Assembly (NCBI GenBank): GCA_001724265.1
Contig: MEDY01000093.1
Span: forward strand, 1-64,000
Length of the DNA: 64,000 bases
Direction: 5' to 3'
Source: Rhizaria sp. SCN 62-66
Taxonomy: Eukaryota
The notes under the pieces are model-generated. The model was not told the DNA's origin. It worked only from the letters and a program-made list of their open reading frames with translations, and did not search any database. Positions 11,515 to 21,658 of this stretch are shown one piece after another. The position numbers and the translations under genes were made by a program. Every line of letters starts with the position of its first letter. Position 1 is the stretch's first letter.

Positions 11515-14500
11515 TCAGCCGTTGATCGCGTAGACCGTCTGATCCGCCGCGCTCACGCTGGCCGAGTTCGACGCACTGCTGCCATAACTCGCGTGGGCGT
11601 TGGCGGGCTTAAAGGGCGACGGTAGCGGTCCCGCAGACATGCGCCGCGCCGCGCCGGGCACGGCCGCCATCGCTCTAGGCAGAGCGGCCGCACCGGAGCT
11701 GTGACTGGCGCGCACGATGATGTTGGTGCCGCTGAGCTCGTGCGTCGCGTCGAGCAACGGCGCCGTGTACCCGCCGTTGTTGCCGCCGCTGTTGTTGCCG
11801 TTGGACGTGGTGGTGGCTGTGGCGTCTGCGATGAGTGTGGCGGCACGTACAACGGCGGAACCCACGAGCACATGTCCCGTTGCGGCGGCGGCGCGCGCGG
11901 CGCCGGGTCCCACGCCCGCGAGCGCGCGCGCTTCGTCATGCGGCACGCGTGCGGCCGCGCGGGCGCCGTCACGGTGCAGGTACAGACGCAGCTGCACCAC
12001 TGCGTCTGTGGTGCTCGCGGCGGAGACGGGCAGAAGGACGTGGAGCGGGGCGGTAAAGCGCACGAGCGCGCCCAGCGCGGCCGCGCTCGCCACGGGAAGC
12101 ACCTCAGATGTGGCGACAAACCGCGACGACGATGCCGCCGCCGCCGCCGCCGCCGCGGCCGAGGACAAGCCACTATTACGGTCGTGGGCGACGATGGCGG
12201 CGACGAACACGGAGCAGGGTCCGGCGGCGGGGTCAGCCGCAGTCCCGTTGGCATCACCGCAATCGCTGTCGGCGGCCAGCGCGGCGGCCAGCGCGGCCGC
12301 GGGGTGCTGCAGCGCCAGCGCCAGCGAAAGCTCCTGCTGCGGCTGCTGCTGCGGCTGCTGTGGCTGCTGCGGCACGACGACTGGGACAGGCACAGTGGGC
12401 GCACCCCACTGCGCGCGCGGCAACGCAGAAGTGGAGGCCGAAGCCGAGGACTGCGAGCGAATGAAACGCGCATTAGAGCCACCGGTGTTGTTGCCGTTGC
12501 CGCTGCCACTGCTGGAGAGTGAGAGCTCGCTCATGTCCATCGCCGTTGTCGCCTGCATCTCCGTCTGCGCCTGCATCTGCGGAAGCATCTGAATCTGCGC
12601 CTGCGTCTGCGGATGTGTCATGCGCGGCGTCGCCGAGCGCGGGGTCGAGGGTCGCGGCGGCGGCACAGGGCGCCCGTCCGCCGTCATAGCGCCTGCTGAG
12701 GCGCCTGCAGCGAAGGCGGCGGCGGAGGCGGAGGCAGTAGCGGCGGTATAATCCGCGGCCTCGGCGAAGGCGTTTCCGAGCGCGCGGGGCATCGCGGGCG
12801 ACGGCGGCGGCGAGCGGCCGCGCGGTGCGGTCGCGGACAGATTGATCGTCGCCGAGGGTGGCGCGAGCTGGCCCGTGGACGGCGCGGCGGCCACGGCCAC
12901 GGGGGTGGGCTTGTAGACCACAGGGCCAAGCGCGGGGGAACTCACACGCGAGGACGGCCGCGACGGGGGCCGCGAGGGCGGCCGCGAGCTCACTGAGCCA
13001 GACCGGGAGAGACTCGGACTGCTGCCCAGCAGCAGGGAGCGTTGCGCCTGCGGCGTGTGTCCGCGCGGCGCGGCGGCGTAGGACGCGTTCGCGCTGCCGA
13101 AGCTGCGGTCGCTGGCGCTGCGCTCCAGGCCCTCCGGCACAATCGGCACCAGTGATGCGAGCGGCGAGAGCGGCGCTTCTGCGGTGATCTGGCGGCGGCT
13201 GGGCGACAGCACCCTCGCGGCGGCCGAGGGCGACGCGGGCTCGCCGCCGCGGGCGTCCGCCAGCCGCTGCTGCTGCTGCAGCACAAACTGCGTGTTGAGC
13301 AGCTGTTGTGTGCCCCACTGCTGCTGGCGCGCGGCGGCGCGCGCGGCACGCTATGCTGCGAGCCCGCGCGCGCTCGCCTCCTGCGCGGCCTGCTGCTGCG
13401 CCATGAGCTCAGCCACGGCGCGCTCGCGCTGCGGGCGCAGCACGGCCTCCTCGGCGGCCGCCTGCGCCGCGGCGGTCGCGGCCGCGCGTGCGGCGTTAGC
13501 GGCGGCCGTGGCGGCGGCGATGTCGGCCTGCAGCGAGGCTTGCGCGTCGCGCTGTTGGAGCTCCGCGGTCTTGGCCTCGCGCACAGCGGTCAGATAGCCC
13601 GCCGCAGCCGCCGCAGCAGCCTGGGACGGGCGCGCGTACGACGCGGGCGTCAGTGCGTAGTTCACCGGCTGCGGCTGCAGCTGCTGTTGCTGTCGCTGTT
13701 GCTCTGAGGCGTCCATAGCGCGCGGGGACGGCAGCGGGCGCACGCCGAAGTGGAAAGACGCGGCCACGGGTAGCGGCGGCGAGCGCGGGCGCGCCAGCGG
13801 CGACAGCGGGCCCTGTGGCCCCATCATGATGCCGTTCCCCGTGTGGGGACCGTAGCCGTAGCTGCCGTAGCCCTGGCTCAGGCTCTGGCCGCCGGGGGTG
13901 GGCGCGGCGGGGCGGTCCTGGCTCTGCGGCGCGGGGCGCGGGGAGCCGACACGCGAGCCCTCGGGAGAGTGGAACTCGTCCTCCTCGTTGCCGTCGCCGT
14001 CGCCGTTGCCGTGCGAGGACGAATGCAGAAAGGCCACGGCGCGCGCGGCGGGGTGGGCGTCGCCGCCGCGCACGGCCGCTGGACGCGCCAGCGCCACCTG
14101 CGGCGACCCAGAAACAGCGGCAAAGCGCGGAGAGAGGCTGGGGGAGCCGGGGCGCTGCGACTGCGGCAGGGCGGGCGCAGCGGAAGAAGTTTGGGCAGCG
14201 GAGGAAGCTGGCGCAGCGAGAGGAGCGCTGTAGGGCGTGAGGGGCGTGTTGAGGGGCGTGGCGGGCACGGGGATCGACGTGGAGCCCTCGGTGGTAAATG
14301 ACGGCCGGCGCGCGGCCGCGGCTAACGCAGGTGCAGGCTCAGCGCGTGCGGCGGGTTCGTAGCGGGCGAAGACAGGGGAGCCGGGGCGTGAGGGGGGCGG
14401 CGCCTGCTGCGAGAAGGCGCCCGCGTACACTGGCGAGCCGGGGCGCGAGAGCAGTGCAGCGTCCGTCGCGGCGCGCACGGCTGTAAGCCGCTGCTGGTCG

Positions 14501-14880
14501 GCCTAGCGCGCGGCACGCAGGGAGGCGATCTCGACGCGGTGCGTGGCGGCGCGCGCCTCGGCTTCCTGCAGCGCGGCCGCGAGCGTGTGCTGGCTGGCGT
14601 GCGCGACCTCGAGCTGTAGCTGCAGCAGACGGATCAGATGCAGCACGCTCGCCGGGTCCGCGGCCGTCAGCTCGGCCTGCGTAATGTCACAGAAGGCGAC
14701 GTGCGCGGCGGCGTTATGCAGCGTCGTCACGTCGGCGGTCATGACTGTGCGGTCCAGGTCCAGGTTCGACACGAAGACCCAGTCCAGCGGGCCCTGGCGC
14801 CTCCGGAAGCGGATCGAAGACCGCATGGCGCCAAGCCATGGTGCGGGCGGGGTTCGAAGCGCCTGGACAATGTCTTGCAT
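11515..14880 (-). CDS. DZIP1/Iguana-like N-terminal domain protein with long low-complexity tail; contains 2 in-frame TAG codons
   Basis: Track ORFs 14503..14880, 13351..14478 and 11515..13284 share one frame, separated only by TAG at 14505-14503 and 13353-13351. The N-terminus (FRRRQGPLDWVFVSNLDLDR...VAFCDI...LIRLLQLQLE...SQ) resembles the Dzip-like N domain. TGA stop. Confidence 0.7.
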
Positions 14881-15472
14881 CGGGCGTACTAGGCTGTCTG
14901 CTCACCGAAAGGCCGAGAGATTCGAGCGTCTCAAGACGTGTCGTCGGATTCGCAAGGGAGCACTGGCGGGTGAAGAGGAGTCTGTAAAGAGCGAATGAAG
15001 GGAGTGCAGCAACAATATGGGGTAAAAGTATCGTGGTACATTGACGCAACAAGGGACATTTCATAAGCATCGAGTAACCATCCTGTTGTGCGGGTTTTTC
15101 GATGACAGATAATCACCTACGCGCGTGAGAGCAGGAGAGCTGTCACTACGAGGGCTACATGAGGCGATGCACGGCTGATAAAGTTAAGTCAAAATTAGCA
15201 CTGCATAGAACAATCAGCAGCTCATACCAAAACGGATAGGTTTTCAAAATGGCCAAGGAGGTGGCGCACAGGAGAGCGTCGAAAAAGGGGGAGCAGGTAG
15301 TTTCGACTAGCCGAGATTCGCTCGGGAGGTTTTTCGCGAACCGTGCTCTGCAGGCAGGAAAGTGGCGGCACTACCCACAGCCCTCATGAGCGGCTAACTT
15401 GGCGGGGTTTGTCTCGTTGTCTTCATCCGCAGAATAACCTTGAGGCACCGCCCTAGATTACTTCTGAGCAAA

Positions 15473-17086
15473 ATGTCTTCGATCGATCATTTCCCGGGTC
15501 AGGAGTTCCAAGCTATTATCCTGGCTGGCGGTCAGGGCAACCGCATGGAGGCACTGACTCACAACTTCCCCAAGGCGCTGCTGCACGTCGCCAACCGGCC
15601 TCTGCTGTCGTACCAGCTGGACATGCTGCACTCCGCGGGCATTGACGACATCACAATCCTGACCAAGCCCAAGATGCGCGAGGAGGTTGAGAAGTTCGTT
15701 GACAAGTACAAAGGCGAAGTGAACCGCGCGGTGCGCGTGGTGGCTGCGCCTGACGACGCCATGGGCAGCGCCGACTCACTGCGCGCGTGCCGCGAAGAGC
15801 TCAACATCACCAAGGACTTTTTCGTCGTGTCCAGCGACGTCATCACCACGATCCCGCTGCAGAGCATGGCCAACGCGCACCGCCACCGGCAGGCAACGAT
15901 GACAATGATGATGCAGGTGCCTCCCGAGGCTGTGGCCGCCGCGGCCGCCGCTGCTAAGGGCGAGGGCGAGGCGCCCGCGGCCGACGCCGCCGCGTCCTCG
16001 GGCTCCGGCAGCGGCGCTGCGGACGAGTTTGATGACATCGACACACAGTTCGTCGCGCTCGACGAAGCCACGGGCCGTCTCGCCTACGTGCGCGCACGGT
16101 CCGACCTCGAGACGGGCATTAAGCTGCCCAAGCGCGTACTGGCGAGCTTCCCCAGCCTCGGCATCTACTCACAGCTGCGCGACGCGCACCTGCACCTTTT
16201 CTCGCCCGCCGTGTTTGAGTTCCTCGAGGAGCAGTCGCACATCTCGTCTCTGCAGGGCGAGCTCGCCCCCGCGCTCGTGGCGGCGCAGTTCGTGCCCTCG
16301 GCGCAAGACTGGCTGCGCAAGAGCACCTCGCACACGGGCCAGCGCACCGATGCACCGGGCTTTGTGGACCCGCGCGACGACGCCCCGCTCTGCGTCGGCG
16401 GCCCCGCGTCGCCGCTCCCCACCGATGGGCTCGGAATCATTGGCGCCGGCGCCGATGATGATGACGACGACGACGCGCGCCTCGCCGCGGGCGCGGGCCC
16501 CGAGGCTGTGGAGGCGCGCGACTGGGTCGGCGCGCAGTCGCACTCGCGCCCCGCGGCCGACGCGTCGCTGGGCCCTCTGCGCTGCTACGCGTTCGTCGCG
16601 CCCGGCACGACGCTGCTGGCGCGGTGCAACACGGTGGCGTCGCTGCACTCGCTGTCGCTTCAGCTCGTGGCGCGCGCGCGCGACGGGATGGCGGACCCCT
16701 GGACGGCGGTGACCGAGGGCGACTTCGCGGCCGCGGCCAAGGCGGCGACGCCTACGGCTGGGCTCACAAACTGCCTCGTCGGGACCGGCGTGCAACTGGC
16801 GCCGTCGACGCTGCGCAACTCGTTCATCGGCGCGCACTGCCGCATCGGCAAGGGCTGCCGCATCGACAACTGCGTCATCATGGACCACGTCAGCGTCGGC
16901 GACAAGGTGATCTTGTCAAACTGCGTCATCGCGCCGCAGGCCAAGATCCACGATGGCGCCTCGCTCAAGCAGTGCACTGTGGCGCTTAAGTACGAGGTTG
17001 TCGCCGCCAAGTACGAGAGCATGGAGCTGCGCCCGGACGAGGAGGGCGCCGGCAGCGGCTCCGCCAGCGACGAGGAGGATGACTGA
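15473..17086 (+). CDS. EIF2B3: Translation initiation factor eIF2B gamma subunit
   Basis: EFQAIILAGGQGNRM..PKALLHVANRPLLSY (NTP-transferase-like fold), LRDAHLHLFS, and a C-terminal left-handed beta-helix (SFIGAHCRIGKGCRIDNCVIMDHV). TGA stop. Confidence 0.85.
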   Translation: MSSIDHFPGQEFQAIILAGGQGNRMEALTHNFPKALLHVANRPLLSYQLDMLHSAGIDDITILTKPKMREEVEKFVDKYKGEVNRAVRVVAAPDDAMGSADSLRACREELNITKDFFVVSSDVITTIPLQSMANAHRHRQATMTMMMQVPPEAVAAAAAAAKGEGEAPAADAAASSGSGSGAADEFDDIDTQFVALDEATGRLAYVRARSDLETGIKLPKRVLASFPSLGIYSQLRDAHLHLFSPAVFEFLEEQSHISSLQGELAPALVAAQFVPSAQDWLRKSTSHTGQRTDAPGFVDPRDDAPLCVGGPASPLPTDGLGIIGAGADDDDDDDARLAAGAGPEAVEARDWVGAQSHSRPAADASLGPLRCYAFVAPGTTLLARCNTVASLHSLSLQLVARARDGMADPWTAVTEGDFAAAAKAATPTAGLTNCLVGTGVQLAPSTLRNSFIGAHCRIGKGCRIDNCVIMDHVSVGDKVILSNCVIAPQAKIHDGASLKQCTVALKYEVVAAKYESMELRPDEEGAGSGSASDEEDD

Positions 17087-17707
17087 GCGAGCCTTGCGAC
17101 CAGCGCGACCGCCGAGACCCACTGAGCGCCCGCTTTGCGGTGAGATCATTCCTTTGCTTACCTACAACCCGGGCCAAAGAGATATTTGCTTTATGTAGTT
17201 CTATTTTATACAAATATTTTTAAGTTCAAACAAATATTATTTTGCTATGTATTCTACTTTCGGCCAATTCTGAAACGATCTATGTCTTGTTTTAACTTGA
17301 AAAGGAACGCTCTTTGACTCGCTTGCCATCGGTTTGTGGCGGCCGAGCGGGGAGTGACGAGAAGCAACATGCAAAAGTAACGTAACTGGTTTTGGAATGA
17401 CTGTTCGCGTTATTGGCTCCGTCTTTGCGACACTGAGAGATTTTTTGATATTATTTGTTGTCTGATTTATCATATTCAGATTTTCTAAGCGCTATTAGAG
17501 TGACAAAGACATCGAAATAGCTCATTTAATTCGTCCGCTTGTACAGACCCCTTTGAACAGGTAATTGATTCCTTTTGCCGACGCAGTTTCAAAGGTTCTG
17601 ACGTTGTTTCAAGCGATAAGTGGTGACCAACACCGCGTCGCCCTTCTAAACTACAGCCTGCGCACCGCGCTGAGCCTCGTACAGTCCCCACAACCCCAAT
17701 AGCAAGA

Positions 17708-20700
17708 ATGGAGATCATCTCCCCGCTGCCGATAGTCGCGGCGCTGCTACTCGTACTGCTGATCCTCGCCATCGTGCTCATTGTGCTCAAGTGCAAGATG
17801 CCGCCCGTGGTGGCTGATGTGACGCAGCTGGGCCAGCTTAAGGCTAACACGCATGAGTTCCTGGTTCCGTTCCACGAGCTCCAGTTCGGCCGCCTGCTGG
17901 GCAAGGGCTCGCAGGGCGAGGTATACCTGGCGCAGTGGCGCGGCTCCACCGTCGCCGTCAAGCGCGTTGACACGGACAAAGTCGACCCGGCCGCTGTGGA
18001 CGAGTTCTGTCAGGAGGCGAACATCATGCGGCAGTTGCGGCACCCGTCGCTGACGCTCTTCCTGGGCGTGAGCATTAAGGAGCCTGAACTGTGCATCGTG
18101 ACTGAGTACGTTGTCCGCGGCTCGCTCTTCGACATTCTCCACGACGAGGCCTCGCCCTACACCTGGCAACGCGGGCTCCGCATTATGTGCGACGTTGCGC
18201 GCGGCATGACGTACTTGCACTCGGCCAAGCCGGCGCCCATCCTACACCGCGATCTCAAATCGCTCAACATTCTGGTCGACGCCAACTGGCGCGGCAAGGT
18301 CGCCGACTTCGGCATGACACGCATCCAGGAAGAGGGCGCCACCATGACGCAGTGCGGCTCCCCGCTTTGGATGGCGCCCGAGATGATCCGCAACACGGCC
18401 TACGACGAGAAGAGCGACGTGTACTCGTTCGGCATCTGTCTCTGGGAGGTCTACATGCGCAAGATCCCTTACCGTTCACTGGGGTTGGCCGCCAGCAACC
18501 TTGTCGTCAAGGTCGTCAAGGATCATCTGCGGCCCGAGATTCCCAACACCATGCCGCGGCCCTACTTCAAGCTCATGGAGCGCTGCTGGCACCCGCTGCC
18601 CGAGAAGCGCCCCTCATTCCGTCAAATCCTCCGCGTGCTTGAGTCCTTCTGCGAGGACCCAGGCTTGCTGTCGCACGTCCCCAACTCGCAGCGCCAGGCC
18701 ACCGTGACCGCGCGCGCGGGGCTGCCGCCGCTGGCGCACGTGCAACACGGCGGCGCGGGCGCGGACGACGACTTCGACGGCGACGAAGAAGCGCCCGCAG
18801 CCGCGCACGCCGCGGCCGCGGGCGGGCAGCGCGCGCTTGTCGGCCGCCGCGTCAAGGGCGGCGTCGGGCTTGCCGCGGGCGCCGAGCCCGAGCGTTCGGA
18901 CGCGTGGCTCATCAAGGACTGGCGCGCGGACGTCACGACCGACTCGATCACGGCCACGGAGCGTGAGATGCAGGACGCCAACACGCGCGCCGACGCCTCC
19001 GCCGAGTACTCGGTCTCGCACGCCAACGCCCCCGACGGGTTCGAGCGCCGGCCTTCGATCATGAAGCGACAGAGCTTCTCCGCCAGCACTGGTGGCGGCC
19101 TCGACTCCTCGCAGACCGGCGGCGCTGGCGGCGGTGGTGACCGACGTGCGTCGAACGGCGGCAAGCGCGCATCTGCGTCGGCGTTGCGGCCCTCGCCGCT
19201 GCTGTCTGCGGCCGCGGCGCCCTCGGTCACGCCGTCGGGCACCGCCGTGTCGGCGTCGCCGGCCGTGGGGGGCGTGGGCGGGCGCATTGCGCCCATCGCA
19301 GAGGACGGCGAGGAGGACATCTACGCCGAGCTCGTGCGGCCCGTGCGCAAGGTCGCGCGCACCCGGTTGTTCCCGTCGGACCTCTACCTGGCCAAATACC
19401 GCGGCAAGGACTGCGCACTGCGCAAGCTATATCTCTCCGCGCGCCCCACGGACCCCGAGGCGACCAAAGGCGCGCCCGTCCCGCAGTGCGGCTGGCGCCG
19501 CGGCGACGACGACGAAGAGGCTGGCACCGGGGGCGAGGAACGCGTGATGCCGCGGCGCTCGCTACTGGTGGGCTCCGACGACGCCGTGTGGACCAAAGTG
19601 GAGCGCGCACTGGGCACGCTCGCGGCGCTGCGGCACCCGAACCTTGTACTCTTCATGGGCGCCTACCGCGCAGAGGACCACGCCGGCGTTGTGGTGGAGC
19701 TCATGGAACAGGGCGCGCTGGCGGGACTGCTGCGCGACACGTCGCTGCTGTTCGAGTGGGACACGACGCTGTCGATGCTGCTCGACACGGCGCAGGCAGT
19801 CAAGTACTTGCACTCGGCCAAGCCCCCGCTGGCGCCCGCGGAGCTGTCGCCGACCACGCTCATGGTCGACGCCAACTGGCGCGTCAAGCTCTACAACACC
19901 GTGCTGTCCTCGCTCGACGCCGTCGTGTACGGGCTCTCGGGCACCAAGGACGGCGCACTCACGCTGCAGCCCACGGCGTACACGGCACCCGAGTGCATGG
20001 ACGCGCCGGAACGCGTGACGCCCGCGGCCAACGTGTACGCCTTTGCCGTCATCGTCAACGAGCTCTTCTCGCGGCGCCCGCCTTTCGACGGCAACTTCGA
20101 CGTGCGTACGATGCGCCAAGTCGTCCGCAAGGACCTGCGGCCCGCGATCAGCGGGTCGATGCCGCCTGTGCTCGCCGCGCTTGTGCGCCAGGGTTTCACT
20201 GCGGATCCGGCGAAGCGGCCGCCGATCGACTCGTTCCTCACGCTGTTGCAGCAGCTCCAGACCGAGGGCCCGCCCAAGATGGAGCTCACGCTGGGGCCAC
20301 GCGGCAACGCACGCAAGTACCGCAAGGCCGCGACCATCTTCGCGTACCGCACTGCGGACCCCGTGACGGTGCTTAAGGACTGGGGCCGCAACCAGGGCCG
20401 CGCGGGCAGCTACGTGGTGTGCGGCAAGGACGACGACGTGTACGCCGTCGACGCAGACATCTTCAAGCGGACGTACGAACCGATCCGCGGGTCGAAGCGT
20501 AAGCACGAATACCGCAAAACGGGCTACGTCGTCGCCCGGAGGCTCGAGGAGCCCTTCGTGGTGCGTACCAAGGGCGGCGCCAATGAGCACGGCCACGCGG
20601 GCGACTACCTGGTGCAGAACGAGCAGGGCGAGCAGTGGGCGATCGACGCTAAGACCTTCGAGGACACGTATGAGGAGGACGACGGCACCGAGGCCGCGGC

Positions 20701-21202
20701 CATCGCCGCCGCCACCGCGGCCGCCGCCGCGAGCCTCGCCTCGCGGCCCGGTACCGTGGTGACCGCCGTGCCCTCCGCACTGGGCGTCGGCGCGGTCACG
20801 GGCACCCCTGGCGGGCGTGTGGGCACTGCGCAGTCGCTGTCCGCGCGGCCGACGTCAGTTTCGAGCGTGCAGACGAACCCTGCGCAAACGCCCGCGGGTC
20901 GCCGCGCGACGGCTGTGACGGGCTCGGCCGCGATGGTGCCTGTTGCCGCGCACGCGCGCACGCAGTCGCGCAGCGGGGCGTCGCTCGCGCTGGACCTGGC
21001 CGCCGCTGAGGGCAACACTGGGGGTCCGTTCGCGAGCATCACGCCCACCGCGCGCCGGCAGACGTCGGCCTCGGGCGCGGGCGTGGGCTCAGTCACGCCG
21101 CAGGCGGGCACGCCAACGGCCTCTATAGGCGTCGCCAATGCGCCGATCCGCGGGCTCGTGCCCCGCGCTCGTCCCGAAGCTCCCAGCACGCCTGGGCTGT
21201 GA
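17708..21202 (+). CDS. Membrane-anchored TKL-family kinase + pseudokinase + tandem PGDYG-like domain
   Basis: N-terminal hydrophobic helix. Kinase 1 has GKGSQG, VAVK, HRDLKSLN, DFG and WMAPE. The second kinase-like domain (LRHPNLVLFMG, AYTAPE) lacks HRD and DFG. Two C-terminal repeats YRK...G(S/D)Y(V/L)V...F..TYE. TGA stop. Confidence 0.85.
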   Translation: MEIISPLPIVAALLLVLLILAIVLIVLKCKMPPVVADVTQLGQLKANTHEFLVPFHELQFGRLLGKGSQGEVYLAQWRGSTVAVKRVDTDKVDPAAVDEFCQEANIMRQLRHPSLTLFLGVSIKEPELCIVTEYVVRGSLFDILHDEASPYTWQRGLRIMCDVARGMTYLHSAKPAPILHRDLKSLNILVDANWRGKVADFGMTRIQEEGATMTQCGSPLWMAPEMIRNTAYDEKSDVYSFGICLWEVYMRKIPYRSLGLAASNLVVKVVKDHLRPEIPNTMPRPYFKLMERCWHPLPEKRPSFRQILRVLESFCEDPGLLSHVPNSQRQATVTARAGLPPLAHVQHGGAGADDDFDGDEEAPAAAHAAAAGGQRALVGRRVKGGVGLAAGAEPERSDAWLIKDWRADVTTDSITATEREMQDANTRADASAEYSVSHANAPDGFERRPSIMKRQSFSASTGGGLDSSQTGGAGGGGDRRASNGGKRASASALRPSPLLSAAAAPSVTPSGTAVSASPAVGGVGGRIAPIAEDGEEDIYAELVRPVRKVARTRLFPSDLYLAKYRGKDCALRKLYLSARPTDPEATKGAPVPQCGWRRGDDDEEAGTGGEERVMPRRSLLVGSDDAVWTKVERALGTLAALRHPNLVLFMGAYRAEDHAGVVVELMEQGALAGLLRDTSLLFEWDTTLSMLLDTAQAVKYLHSAKPPLAPAELSPTTLMVDANWRVKLYNTVLSSLDAVVYGLSGTKDGALTLQPTAYTAPECMDAPERVTPAANVYAFAVIVNELFSRRPPFDGNFDVRTMRQVVRKDLRPAISGSMPPVLAALVRQGFTADPAKRPPIDSFLTLLQQLQTEGPPKMELTLGPRGNARKYRKAATIFAYRTADPVTVLKDWGRNQGRAGSYVVCGKDDDVYAVDADIFKRTYEPIRGSKRKHEYRKTGYVVARRLEEPFVVRTKGGANEHGHAGDYLVQNEQGEQWAIDAKTFEDTYEEDDGTEAAAIAAATAAAAASLASRPGTVVTAVPSALGVGAVTGTPGGRVGTAQSLSARPTSVSSVQTNPAQTPAGRRATAVTGSAAMVPVAAHARTQSRSGASLALDLAAAEGNTGGPFASITPTARRQTSASGAGVGSVTPQAGTPTASIGVANAPIRGLVPRARPEAPSTPGL

Positions 21203-21658
21203 GCTTGTGCTGTCCCAATTATCTCACTTGTACTCTTGAGTTAATCTTTTTCTTTTCCTCTTAAAACACTCGCATTGGATGTGAGTTTATTATTATTATC
21301 TTAATACATTGATTTTGTCCATATTATCCTCAACAAACATCATGTATTGCGACAAAAGTGCACGTTTCAAGTCCACATCGTCCGCTTCGGACACTGACCG
21401 TGAGCACACATCCTCCAAGGAGTTGGCATCTAAAACACATGTGCAGTCCACCGGTCGATTTCCGTAAATGGATATTATATTCTTCTAAAACGTAAGCGTT
21501 ATTCACACACCCTCATTTGATTGTTTTTGATTTAACGGTCCTTCTGGCTTAGTAGCCCAACTCTTAGCCAACGGCCTGCCGCGTCGCCGCTCTTGGTGCG
21601 TATTCCGAAAAGCAAGGCGTATAGGAGCAAACAGAGCGCATTGTGTTCGTGACTCGGC

